A DNA stretch of 32,000 nucleotides, from contig NC_008312.1 in assembly GCF_000014265.1 (NCBI RefSeq), forward strand, positions 1,830,001 through 1,862,000, in the 5' to 3' direction. The position numbers and the translations under genes were made by a program. The stretch comes from Trichodesmium erythraeum IMS101 (lineage in GTDB: Bacteria; Cyanobacteriota; Cyanobacteriia; Cyanobacteriales; Microcoleaceae). This document shows positions 1 to 10,139 of this stretch, in pieces; position 1 is the first letter of the stretch; every line of letters starts with the position of its first letter. The notes under the pieces are model-generated. The model was not told where the DNA came from and did not search any database. It saw only the letters and a program-made list of their open reading frames with translations.

Positions 1-477
1 TGAGCTCACATCATTAGAAAAACTGCTCAAAACTTTAGAGTGAATTGGTTTTCGAGTAATATTCTGATCGATAGCTTCACTTACCTGTTTAGAAATCAAA
101 TGTTGAAGCTCATCCTTAGCTTTAGACCTTTGAAACTGAGCACCTTCTTCAGTAGTCGCATACAAAGGAGGGAGTCTATTTAAAGCATAAGCTGCAATGT
201 CTCCCACATCAAGAGTTTGATCGCTACTCCCTTCATTCTCTGCTACTCGTGCGATCGCCTCAGATAGAACTAACTCTTCCATCACATTAATAAATTGTTT
301 GCGAGGTAAAACAACTACTTCTCCTGTTAATAAAGCTCCCATTAAACGATCAAGGGACATATACTCCTCAATAGACAATTCAGAAGCTGTATTACAAATT
401 CGTCCTACTTCTGCTTCCATAGAAGGAGTTAAATAACCATCTTGTAGAGCTTGTTCAACAATTTTTTCTATACTCAT
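1..477 (-). CDS. ComFB-domain protein, 3-prime truncated by the window edge
   Basis: The minus-strand frame is open from the ATG at 475-477 to position 1. It is absent from the ORF track because it is truncated. My translation is MSIEKIVEQALQDGYLTPSMEAEV...FINVMEELVLSEAIARV...DIAAYALNRLPPLYATTEEGAQFQRSKAKDEL. The ALNRLPPLYA-x-x-E-x-G block is the hallmark of the ComFB family (PF10719). Confidence 0.55.
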   Translation of the reverse strand, partial: MSIEKIVEQALQDGYLTPSMEAEVGRICNTASELSIEEYMSLDRLMGALLTGEVVVLPRKQFINVMEELVLSEAIARVAENEGSSDQTLDVGDIAAYALNRLPPLYATTEEGAQFQRSKAKDELQHLISKQVSEAIDQNITRKPIHSKVLSSFSNDVSS

Positions 478-935
478 AACTTTTATGTAAGTTTATTTAT
501 AATAACTGTCTAATATAGCAGTCGAATATTTTTCAGCAGACATTACTAAATTCTGAAATTTAGTCAGGGATGAGTTTTTACTCTTGAATTTTGTATAGCG
601 CCTAAACATCTCTAACTTAATAATTTAGAATATGGTAATAAGTCCATCAAAGTCAACAGGAACCACCATATAATTTTTTTTTTAAAGTATAACTAATCAG
701 TTATCAGTTATAACTATCTCCGGCTCTCGCCATAGACTGGAAATACTAAACTTGATTTTTTCATTTTCTTAAAAGATCAGAGTTGATTTATTATCACCTT
801 GTGAAAATTTCTATGCTATGAAAATCCTGTATCTTACTAAAGTTAATAAATATACAGTATGAGGTTACAAATACTCTCTAACCATAACGAGTTATCTCTA
901 TCTTAAAAGTGGAGGTAATGGTGCTGACTTTTTGG

Positions 936-1820
936 TCATTCAATACCATCATATCGCCAAGGAATCGGATCTACAGCTTGACCATGTACATATAATCCCC
1001 AATGAAGATGAGGACCTGTAGAAGCACCTGTAGATCCTACAGTACCAATTTTCTGGCCAGCTTTCACTATACTACCTTCTTTCACATTGATACCACTCAA
1101 ATGGATCAAAATACTGGTTACTCCCTGACCATGGTCAATACCTACAGTATTACCATGAATTTCAAAACCTTGAGATTCTAATCCCACTAGAGCAATACGA
1201 CCAGCAGCAGGGGCAACAACAGGGGAACCATTGTAATCTGCGTAATCAACTCCGCGATGATAATAGTTTTCAGCAAAATTTCCATTATAGTACCTTCGCA
1301 CTCCGTAGACGGTACTAACTGGACCATTGTTAGGGCGAACAAATGGGCCTTTCCAGAGTTTGTCTGGGGTTACAAGTTGTTTAAATGCTCCCACTCTATC
1401 AAATTCTAAGTCTGTTCCTTCAATAGATTCTTTCTCAGGAGGTAGCCAAATAGATTGAGTGGGAAAAGAACGGCTTTGCAAATTCACAGTTAGATTTTGC
1501 ATACCTGTATCAGTAGTTACCTGAATTTGTCGGAGGCCAGATTTATCTAAAGGAGTTGTGGGTAACAATGCCCGGAATTTATTTTGTCCAAGAGGAAATG
1601 AGGGGTAAGTTTTTCCATCTATACTAACTGTGGGAGTTGAGAGCTTTGTATTTGATTGCTGAATCACAACAGATAGAGTATCCCCTAATTTTGGGTTATT
1701 GGGAGTTATTACTACAGTTTGACTGAGACCAGGTATGACTACTACAAGAATTGCTGTAACACTAGCTAAGATCAAACTATAGAGAAATCGCTTAATTTTA
1801 ACTGATAAAAATAAAAACAT
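936..1820 (-). CDS. M23 (LytM-type) metallopeptidase with N-terminal membrane anchor or signal
   Basis: 294-aa ORF. It has a hydrophobic N-terminus (LILASVTAILVVVIPGL). It carries the HxxxD motif (HRGVDYA) and the HxH motif (GPHLHWGLYVHG) typical of M23 peptidases. Confidence 0.9.
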   Translation of the reverse strand: MFLFLSVKIKRFLYSLILASVTAILVVVIPGLSQTVVITPNNPKLGDTLSVVIQQSNTKLSTPTVSIDGKTYPSFPLGQNKFRALLPTTPLDKSGLRQIQVTTDTGMQNLTVNLQSRSFPTQSIWLPPEKESIEGTDLEFDRVGAFKQLVTPDKLWKGPFVRPNNGPVSTVYGVRRYYNGNFAENYYHRGVDYADYNGSPVVAPAAGRIALVGLESQGFEIHGNTVGIDHGQGVTSILIHLSGINVKEGSIVKAGQKIGTVGSTGASTGPHLHWGLYVHGQAVDPIPWRYDGIE

Positions 1821-2197
1821 TAATTATTTGTATTTGAGATTCTTTAGTTCAATTAAATAAAAGTTCAATTTTTTTATTTATACAATTTAGAAATATCCAA
1901 TAATTCATGTGAAACTATTATCGAAAGGTTCTTAAATTTAAATTTGCAGATATTACTTTTAAAGTAGGAATAATAATAGTTCAAGATACAAATTAATTTT
2001 AACTAATCAAAATAAAAATATTAATTATTTGTATTTGAGATTCTTCGGTTCAATTAAATAAAAGTTCAATTTTTTTTCTTTATACAATTAGATATCTCCG
2101 ATAATTCACCTGAAACTATGATTGAAAGGTTGTTAAATTTGAGTTTGCAGATATTACTTTTAAATTAGGACTAATAAGAGTCAAGAGACAAAAGTTA
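1792..2197. repeat. Two tandem copies (period 201 bp) of the M23 gene 5-prime end plus its upstream region
   Basis: ttaattttaactgataaaaataaaaacattaattatttgtatttgagattc at 1792 recurs at 1993 as ttaattttaactaatcaaaataaaaatattaattatttgtatttgagattc. Similarity continues for about 200 bp. The start codon cat (1818-1820) reads tat in copy 2. Confidence 0.85.
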
Positions 2198-2650
2198 ACC
2201 AATATAAAAAAAACTATTGCTTCTGGCCTGACAAGTTTTGGAAGATGATGAACTAAGGTTTATTAAGGATTTTCCCTGGAGATGTTAAACAAGAGTTGGT
2301 TATTTACTAACAATAAAAAGTCTTCTAGTAACTTCTTACTTGTTGCCTTTTGCTGTTGGCCTAAAAGTAGCTAGTTTTTTTAGACTGCTCAAATTAAAAT
2401 TAATAAATAACATAAAATATGTAAAATGTCAAACAAGTATTTAAGCAGGTATATAAAATCAATTACACATTTTTGTCAGCTGCATTCTTCATAATGTATA
2501 TCTCACATAGAATGAGGTGAGGGTTACAATTAAATTTTAAGTGCTTCCAAATTGAATCCGAATCAATATAGAATCCTAATTCTATATCACTGTTGATGGT
2601 GCAGGGGTGTTGATTCTTATAGAGTAAAACAACAGTAAACAGGGGGAAGT

Positions 2651-2825
2651 ATATGGCTATGATGGTAGTAAAAAAGAAAAATAACCTAATGGTAATATCT
2701 TGTCTGATAGTTAAAAACTACTACTATGAGTAGGGATACATAGCTATAATAGTGGTAAAAAAAATAAACAGGACCTAATGGTAATATATTATTTGATACT
2801 CAATAAATACTACCAGGAGTAGTGG
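2651..2825. repeat. Diverged tandem repeat, 2 copies of about 86 bp
   Basis: atatggctatgatggtagtaaaaaagaaaaataacctaatggtaatatcttgtctgatag... is followed by atacatagctataatagtggtaaaaaaaataaacaggacctaatggtaatatattatttgatac... Confidence 0.6.
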
Positions 2826-2835
2826 TAAGTGAGGT

Positions 2836-3160
2836 AAATATGGAAGAACTCTTAGGGGCTAAAGTTATGGTCATGGAACAGGCTGAAAATATTTCAGAAG
2901 GAGGAATTAGTTTGGGCTGAGTCTGGTTATAGAGGAGCGAAATTTGCTATGGCGATCGCAGGCCTGATTTCAGCAGGAGTGGAAATACTCAAGGGTAATA
3001 CTCAATAATTTGAAGTTTTACCTAGAGAATGGGTAGTAGAGAGAACTTTTGGATGTCGAGTTCAGAAGCGTAGAGTATGAACAACTACCTGAGAGAAGTG
3101 AAGCTCTGATTTAGACTGCAATGATTAGATTGATGTTTGGAAGGCTTGGTACTAAAAACT
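2836..3160 (+). mobile_element. IS5/IS4-superfamily DDE transposase C-terminal remnant (pseudogene)
   Basis: Frameshifted translation gives WAESGYRGAKFA ... FEVLPREWVVERTFG ... EYEQLPERSEALI-stop-TAMIRLMFGRL. This matches the conserved C-terminus of IS5-type DDE_Tnp_1 transposases. It is interrupted by stops and frameshifts. Confidence 0.65.
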
Positions 3161-3561
3161 CAGGCCGTTTTAAGATTTTTTTGACAAACAGTCTCTTAGC
3201 AATAGCTGGGTATTTTCCTTACTCCTACTAGTAATCATAGGTATTTTTGCTATTGAAAAAAAGTCAAAGTACAGTAAATTCAAAATTTTAATACTGATTA
3301 TAAAAAAAGGTATCAATGCTCTTTTTGAAAGGGGATTAAAAAATAAAGTTTATGATTTTAATTTATCTACTGAATTAGAAGATATTGATAAATGATAGGG
3401 GTAACTTTTTTATATCGAAAAATTTTTGATGATCACTTTCTTAAAGTAAGGTTTGTCGTCAGGTATATTTAAGGGTTTTGGAACTGGTCTAACTTGAGTC
3501 ATTACATCCAGACTCTAAAAATTGCCCCACAGCTATTAAATTGCGGAAAAATTTGTCCTTG

Positions 3562-3774
3562 TTAGTTTTTTGCTTTGAGATAAACAATAGATTGTCGCCA
3601 AATTAAAATTGGTGAGTCATACTGACCGAAGAGGCAGATACAATTTGGATCTTGCCAGAAAACTTTTCCTACATAAAGGTCATTAGTAATTAGTTTTATT
3701 TCTACTTCTTTTTTCTCTTGAATGTAGGTTTGAATTTGGCGAGTACTTGGTAAACTTGTATCAAAATCAGACAT
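3562..3774 (-). CDS. hfq: Cyanobacterial-type Hfq (Sm-like) protein
   Basis: 70-aa ORF. LPSTRQIQTYIQEKKEVEIKLITNDLYVGKVFWQDP follows the LPSxRQxQ...VEIKLxTxD...G...WQD pattern of the short cyanobacterial Hfq orthologs. It sits divergently from dapF, as I recall for other cyanobacteria. Confidence 0.75.
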   Translation of the reverse strand: MSDFDTSLPSTRQIQTYIQEKKEVEIKLITNDLYVGKVFWQDPNCICLFGQYDSPILIWRQSIVYLKAKN

Positions 3775-3836
3775 AATTACTATTTGATATATTTTCTGTC
3801 AGAGTAAATTTTTACCTAATTATTTGGAGCATAATA

Positions 3837-4673
3837 ATGACAAAATCATTCACTAAATATCATGGTCTAGGGAACGATTTTATTTTGATTGATAATCGCC
3901 ACCAATTACAGCCTATACTAACACCAGAACAAGCAATAGAATTGTGCGATCGCAATTTTGGTATTGGTGCAGATGGTGTAATTTTTGCTCTACCTGGAGT
4001 GAAGCAAACTGATTATACCATGCGGATTTTCAATTCTGATGGTTCAGAGCCTGAAATGTGTGGAAATGGGATTAGATGTTTAGCTAAGTTTATAGCAGAA
4101 CTAGAAAACAATAACAAGACTAAATATAATATCCATACCGGTGCCGGTATAATTGTTCCTGAATTGCAAGGTGATGGTCAAGTAACAGTTGATATGGGAC
4201 AACCCAGACTTTTGGCATCGGAAATACCGACAACTTTAGCTAATGCTGATGATAAAGTTGTGGATCAACTCTTAGAAGTAGGTGGAAAGTCTTGGTTTGT
4301 TACCTGTGTGAGTATGGGAAACCCCCACTGCATAACTTTTGTAGAAGATGTTACTGCTATAGATTTAGCTAAAATAGGTCCTAAATTTGAACATAACCCA
4401 GTATTTCCAGAACGTACTAATACAGAATTTATTCAAGTTATTAGTCCAAAATATGTGAAGATGCGAGTATGGGAAAGAGGAGCTGGTGCAACACTTGCTT
4501 GTGGTACAGGAGCATGCGCGTCAGTTGTGGCAGGAGTTTTAACTCAAAATAATGAGCGCTTAGTTACAGTAGAGTTACCTGGAGGTTGTTTGGAAATTGA
4601 ATGGTCAACTATAGACCAAAAAATTTATATGACTGGACCGGCAGAAAAAGTATTTACAGGAATCATAGCATAA
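3837..4673 (+). CDS. dapF: Diaminopimelate epimerase
   Basis: 278 aa. It has [13 protein letters not shown] at the N-terminus. The two catalytic Cys motifs are present (MCGNGIRC and ACGTGACA). Confidence 0.95.
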   Translation: MTKSFTKYHGLGNDFILIDNRHQLQPILTPEQAIELCDRNFGIGADGVIFALPGVKQTDYTMRIFNSDGSEPEMCGNGIRCLAKFIAELENNNKTKYNIHTGAGIIVPELQGDGQVTVDMGQPRLLASEIPTTLANADDKVVDQLLEVGGKSWFVTCVSMGNPHCITFVEDVTAIDLAKIGPKFEHNPVFPERTNTEFIQVISPKYVKMRVWERGAGATLACGTGACASVVAGVLTQNNERLVTVELPGGCLEIEWSTIDQKIYMTGPAEKVFTGIIA

Positions 4674-4957
4674 GTAAGAAGTCAGATAGGGGAGTTGTCA
4701 GATTGGTGAGGTACAAAATTTAAATTTGGAGTATGAACTATATTTGAAAGTGCAATAATATCGTAACTGTCTTGGTGGCTGCTATATTAATGAATCAGTA
4801 ATAAAATGATACTCAGTACTAACTCATAACTCATAGAGGTCTATCAAAGTTGATAACGGCTGAGAGCTAAAGCAGTGTTTAAGAGAGAAAGCTGGTAGCT
4901 AGTTAAATTAGGATTTGGATTAATTTGAAGTTGTAACTTAATAATAGGGGTATATTC

Positions 4958-5885
4958 ATGGGAATGGAAGGAGGTATTTATTTAATTCAGGACAACGATC
5001 AACTTGTAGAGATGACGGAACAAGCTTATGACTCCGAAGATCAGCTACAAGAATTTTGGGAAACTTATCCTAATCTCTTAGCAGAAGATGATATATACAG
5101 AGGTATCCCTAGATGATGGTTATTAATTTGAAGGTAAATAGCAGCACTAAAATGGGAAGAAATAACTCAGCAATGGGTATTATCTTATTTGTTTCTGGAT
5201 CAAGAACTAATTCCGACATTGGTAGACATCAAACAGACTCATAACACTGAAGTCCCCTAAAAATTAGTGAGTCAAATGTTCATTATGCTGCTAATGTCGG
5301 TATTTATTGACCTTTGGAGTCAATTATTGCTAAGTTTTAAGTGAATTGCAAAGAAAATTGTAGAGACCCAGAATAACTATTTGAAAAATTTCTGGGGAAA
5401 TAAACTAATTAGGAAAAGTTTTAACCTTCTGCCAAAACGAATCTACAAGCAGGGAAAATTCGTTTAGTATTTGTGAAAGAGGATATTCTGGCGGAATTAG
5501 GAAGGATCTTAGAATGGCTCTACGAACAGACAGCGCTAGTATAAATTCTAGGATTAGAAATTAAATAGTATATTAGTCAAGAGGGTTTAAGAACTTTAGC
5601 TGCTAGAGTAATTGCTCAAACTACAGAATTACAATTGAAAAAATCAAGCACAACTTGTGAAAGAAGTAGATGAAAGAAATACTTTTTTTCGGGAGTTTAA
5701 AATAAGATTGGGTGTTGATAAAGCATCAAGAATCATAAAAATGCAGATGTTGGGCCAAAAATCAAGGGTGAAAGATGGGGTACAGGGGATATTTACATTG
5801 GTTTTGCAGCAATTTTAAATTAACAAGGGAGAAAAAATCTAGGGTTATTCGGTGTTTATCTTTCTGTTCGTCTGGAAATTTAAGT
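4958..5885 (+). pseudogene. Decayed gene for a PD-(D/E)xK nuclease-like hypothetical protein
   Basis: The ATG at 4958 gives MGMEGGIYLIQDNDQLVEMTEQAYDSEDQLQEFWETYPNLLAEDDIYRGIPR-stop-WLLI. Further on it reads YLFLDQELIPTLVDIKQ and HYAANVG. This resembles the PRRWLLI...LDxLFLDQDGIPTLVEVK...DYAAN family. It carries many stops and frameshifts. The family name is uncertain. Confidence 0.4.
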
Positions 5886-5897
5886 AAATCATTGTTG

Positions 5898-6005
5898 AAA
5901 TTAGTTGCTATGTAACAAAATGTAAATTTACCTCAAATGAATTCTGTAGAGGGGCTTGAAGTCAGTAGACAAATATTAATATAGCTAAGTTTTTTCATGC
6001 CTACC
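5898..6005. repeat. Dispersed repeat of about 105 bp, copy 1 (copy 2 at 9153-9259)
   Basis: aaattagttgctatgtaacaaaatgtaaatttacctcaaatgaa...cttgaagtcagtagacaaatattaatatagctaagttttttcatgcctac compares with aaatttgtcgctctataacaaaatgtaaatttacctcaaataaa...cttgatattcagtctagaaatattaatatggctaagtttttttatgcttac. Confidence 0.75.
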
Positions 6006-6058
6006 TATTTAGACAGATGTCAACTATCCTGTAACTTAACAACTGATATAATATTATT

Positions 6059-7185
6059 CAGGACTTACACAAAAACACTATATATAGTGTTTGACTTTAA
6101 AGGTTTATTTATTTAGTGATATAGCTGCCACCACTATCCTCCGCCAACGCTTGAACAACAAAATATAAAAACTTTAAAAATTTGCTTTAAGACAAATTAC
6201 TTTGTAGACTAAATTAGTATCAAAGTAATTACTTTTCAATGCTTTGAATATGAACTTTAATTATATAAAATATTGTCAATATCTAATAAGTAATCATAAA
6301 AATTATACTCTCGCAAGTATTGTCGCTTATCTTGAATAAATTAGCCACGATTAATTTGATCGTTATTTAACAAATGTTAATTTATTTAGGGATAGAAATT
6401 TGGTGGCAAAATTTCAGTGAGGAAATTATTGTTTCTGAAGTATGAAAAAAGTAAAATAGAGCATGTAGAATAAATGATAGTTGAGGTGGTAAAAAAGAAT
6501 AAAATACGAGTAAAAACAGTATTAATGGAGATTTTTTATACAAATAATGTGACTAATGCCATTAATAGATAATTGAAATAAAGGTTACTATTACCTGTGA
6601 AAAATTAGTCGTTTAGTAGATGATAGTGGGGGGTAAAAAATATCAGAAACTGGAAGAATTAAAATGGAATGAGTTGGAATTAATATTAGGAAATATTATC
6701 AAGATTAAAGGTTTTTCTAAAGATTAAAAATTTAAGTTATTCTGGGGTGGCTGTTTCCACAAATTTTAGCAGAATATATTGCTACTAATGACCTCTGTTA
6801 TCAAAGTACAGACGATGTTGAGTTTGAGATTTAAACGAGGTGGAAAATTGAGGAATTTGACGCCATAGTTAAACAACTAATAGAACTCAAACTTTGCCAA
6901 TTTTGTAGGGCAAAAATTATAAAAAATCACGTTGTTTGTGCTATGGAGTGTATGGAATTATTTGAAAATAATAGCAAATTTTTTAGGAAAAACTATTTAT
7001 CAATTGAAACATCAATTGTTATCTAAATATCTAGTATCTAATCTAAAATATCCTACAATTAAAATGATAGTTGTTTAAATTTTTATAGACTGTTTAAAAT
7101 CAGCAAAACTTGGGAATGGCCATAATATTTTAGGTGGTTGCTCTATTTAGCATACGCTATATATAGTGTCTTTGCGTAAGTCTTG
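6059..7185. mobile_element. Non-autonomous element of about 1.1 kb bounded by 32-bp terminal inverted repeats (copy 1)
   Basis: The left end is caggacttacacaaaaacactatatatagtgt. The reverse complement of the right end is caagacttacgcaaagacactatatatagcgt (28 of 32 identical). There is no intact ORF inside. Internal blocks are shared with 18019-19443. Confidence 0.55.
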
Positions 7186-7407
7186 ATTATTATTATAATC
7201 AATTTAACTATAAACTTAAATGATTAAACAGAGAGACAAAACGGTTTTTCCCAAAAGGCTAACAAGGCTAACATGGGTGAGCTTGAGCAACCAAAAAGCA
7301 GACACTTTTTTTTGAACCCCAAAAGGCTAAGTGCCAATATTACTCAATATTTTGATAGTTAATTATCCAGCCCTAATTATATTAGAGAGTTATCTAAAAT
7401 AATAAAT

Positions 7408-8166
7408 ATGAATCAGCTAAAATTTGTAGGTAAGGTGTATTTAGTAGGAGCAGGACCGGGAGATCCTGGATTAATTACACTAAAAGGTAAAGTGCTATTA
7501 AAACAAGCTGATGTTGTTATCTATGATGCTCTTGTCAGCGCTTCTATCTTAGAAATGATTAACCCAAATGCTGAAAAATTTAATGCAGGTAAACGTCGAG
7601 ATCGCCATTCTCTAGAGCAAACACAAACAACTCAACTACTAATTGAAAAAGCAAAAACTCATGCAGTTGTGGTACGTCTAAAAGGAGGTGACCCTTTTGT
7701 ATTTGGTCGTGGTGGAGAGGAGATGGAAGATTTAATGCAAGTAGGAATAGCTGTGGAAGTTATTCCGGGGGTTACTTCCGGTATCGCTGCACCTGCTTAT
7801 GCTGGTATTCCTTTAACTCACAGAAACTATAGTTCCTCGGTTACTTTTGTCACAGGTCACGAAGCAGCAGGCAAATATCGACCAGAGGTTAATTGGGAGG
7901 CGGTCGCCCAGGGTGCAGAAACGATAGTAATTTACATGGGGGTTCATAACTTACAAAATATTATCAAAAAACTAATCGCTGCTGGACGTGACCCAGAAAC
8001 ACCAATTGCTTTAATTCAGTGGGGAACTTATCCAAAACAAAAAGAATTAATTGGAACTCTTAATAATATTGTGGGACAAATTGAGTCAACTGGTTTTGAA
8101 GCACCAGCTATTACTGTTATTGGTAATGTAGTTAATTTACATCAAATATTAGGAAATAGGGAGTAA
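7408..8166 (+). CDS. cobA: Uroporphyrinogen-III C-methyltransferase (SUMT)
   Basis: 252 aa. VYLVGAGPGDPGLITLKG...ADVVIYDALV...GGDPFVFGRGGEE...IPGVTS are canonical SUMT (CobA/CysG C-domain) motifs. Confidence 0.9.
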   Translation: MNQLKFVGKVYLVGAGPGDPGLITLKGKVLLKQADVVIYDALVSASILEMINPNAEKFNAGKRRDRHSLEQTQTTQLLIEKAKTHAVVVRLKGGDPFVFGRGGEEMEDLMQVGIAVEVIPGVTSGIAAPAYAGIPLTHRNYSSSVTFVTGHEAAGKYRPEVNWEAVAQGAETIVIYMGVHNLQNIIKKLIAAGRDPETPIALIQWGTYPKQKELIGTLNNIVGQIESTGFEAPAITVIGNVVNLHQILGNRE

Positions 8167-8474
8167 TACTATTTATTAAAAGTAATGGTATTTTTTACAT
8201 CTTATCAAAATAACTAGAGAAATAACATAGTTTAGTAAACAATGAAATTACGCTAATAAATAGTATTTATAAATATAAGGTTTAAGTCTAATAAAGTGTT
8301 TTATAATTGATATAAGGGAGTTAGACTAGATTTGGATAAAAATAGAGAATTGGTAAAAAGGGAAAAAAAAGAGTAGATATTAAGAGCTATTTATCGTAAA
8401 AGTATAAGTTGGTGTCTCTATTCGATTTATTTGAAAATGCTGTAGAACTCTAATTTTTGATATTTTGAAAGTAT

Positions 8475-9092
8475 ATGAATAAATCTTCACTCGCCAAAAA
8501 TTATTTAGTAGCACTTATTCTGGCAGGTGGAAAAAGTTCCCGTATGGGTCAAGATAAAGCCTTAATTCCTTGGAAAAATATGCCTATGTTAGAAAGGGTT
8601 TATCAAGTAGCAAATAAATGTACAGAAAAAGTTTATGTTATTACTCCATGGCCAGAAAAATATAAATCAATTTTACCAACAAAATGTGAATGGTTAACTG
8701 AGTTAAAAAGTGAAGGTCCTTTAGTTGCTTTAGGTCAGGGATTAACTCAAATTAATAGTAATTGGATTTTATTATTGGGATGTGATTTACCTCTGTTGAA
8801 CTCAGATATTATTGAAACTTGGATAGCTCAATTAAACCAACTTTCTCCAGAAATTTTAGCTTTAGTTCCGAAAAAATATCAAGGGTGGGAGCCTTTATGT
8901 GGTTTCTATCGGCAACAGATCAAAATAGAATTAGAAAATATTATTGGGCGAGGCGATCGCTCTTTTCAAAGATTACTTGCTCAAATTCCAGTTCAACCAT
9001 TATCTATTGATTCTCAGACAGCGAAAATGTTGTTTAACTGCAATACTCCTTTAGATTTAGAGGTGGAAAAGGGAATAGGGAACAAAGCTTAA
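8475..9092 (+). CDS. mobA: Molybdenum cofactor guanylyltransferase
   Basis: 205 aa. It has the N-terminal nucleotide-binding motif LILAGGKSSRMGQDKALI and the later LLGCDLP motif typical of MobA. Confidence 0.8.
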   Translation: MNKSSLAKNYLVALILAGGKSSRMGQDKALIPWKNMPMLERVYQVANKCTEKVYVITPWPEKYKSILPTKCEWLTELKSEGPLVALGQGLTQINSNWILLLGCDLPLLNSDIIETWIAQLNQLSPEILALVPKKYQGWEPLCGFYRQQIKIELENIIGRGDRSFQRLLAQIPVQPLSIDSQTAKMLFNCNTPLDLEVEKGIGNKA

Positions 9093-9152
9093 AAAGAGTT
9101 AGCACTTAGGTTTTTTTTGCTTTACCTTTGTAGTTTAAGTAGGTCGGTGTTT

Positions 9153-9259
9153 AAATTTGTCGCTCTATAACAAAATGTAAATTTACCTCAAATAAACTGG
9201 GTGGGAGACTTGATATTCAGTCTAGAAATATTAATATGGCTAAGTTTTTTTATGCTTAC
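9153..9259. repeat. Dispersed repeat of about 105 bp, copy 2
   Basis: See copy 1 at 5898-6005. This copy starts 61 nt after the mobA stop. Confidence 0.75.
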
Positions 9260-9414
9260 TTAATTAACTTAAATAAAAACTGCTATAGTGTTTGTAATTT
9301 GCGATCAAAGTTTCAAAAAAAATGTTACGTTATGAATAATAATAATCTGTGGAAGTCTTCAATCAATTTTCTCAATTTTAAGTAGTACAATCATATTCTC
9401 GAAGGTGCGGAGTA

Positions 9415-9570
9415 CTAGAAGGGTACCATTAAAATCACTGATAATATTTTTGAGAAGCAGAGGGTAAAAAATCTAAAATAAAACTCTATTATCTAGAAGG
9501 GTACTATTAAAATCACTGATAATATTTTTGAGAAGCAGAGGGTAAAAAATCTAAAATAAAACTCTATTAT
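9415..9570. repeat. Near-perfect tandem repeat, 2 x 78 bp
   Basis: ctagaagggtaccattaaaatcactgataatatttttgagaagcagagggtaaaaaatctaaaataaaactctattat repeats immediately, with a single c/t difference seen. Confidence 0.9.
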
Positions 9571-10139
9571 TCTGTGAGATTAATTGCTTTTTATAGTTAA
9601 TTTATTGTTAATAAATTTTATTCTGGAAAGCGTTTAAATATCCATATTAATGTCGGAGTAGTTTTCATTTTTATCCTATTGTTTTTGAATTTTGTATAAG
9701 TTATTTTTCAAATATTTCTTAGTTCTATTTTAAAGAGATTATATACTAACAAATACAGTAATATAAAAAATAATATTGTTTCTCATATTTTAGGATTTTA
9801 GATAAAAAAAACTATTTGCAAATAATTGTGTTTATTTAATAAATACAAAGCCTCTTTAATAAGAAAAGTTAATTTTTATAGTTCCATAAATCCTCTGGTA
9901 ATTGCATTTCTGGAGGTGATTAAATATTTATCCCGAAAATAAATTTGTCAAGCACTAAATTTTTTTTTCTCTCTCCGAGACTCTTTGTCGAGCTTCCATT
10001 TAATGATGATAAACTACAAGCTATTTATCCAAATTTTTTTCCTGATTTATATGAATTATAAGCTCTACAAATATTTTTCAATATAAAGGAATTATAGGGA
10101 TTTTAACAAAAATAGACTACAGCAACAACAGTGAGTAAA

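Noticed and set aside
7200-7407. Cobalamin riboswitch upstream of cobA
   Set aside because: I found no B12-box-like GCCACTG core or the expected GC-rich paired regions. There is only a short direct repeat, ccaaaaggctaa, at about 7251 and 7319. A covariance-model scan (Rfam RF00174) would settle it.
8819-9010. 63-aa plus-strand ORF inside mobA
   Set aside because: It is an overlapping alternative frame of the well-supported mobA CDS.
9415-9570. Possible CRISPR array. The same question was considered for 1792-2197, 2651-2825 and 22435-22938.
   Set aside because: The repeats are directly adjacent, with no unique spacers. Units of 78-201 bp are too long for CRISPR. No cas genes are nearby.
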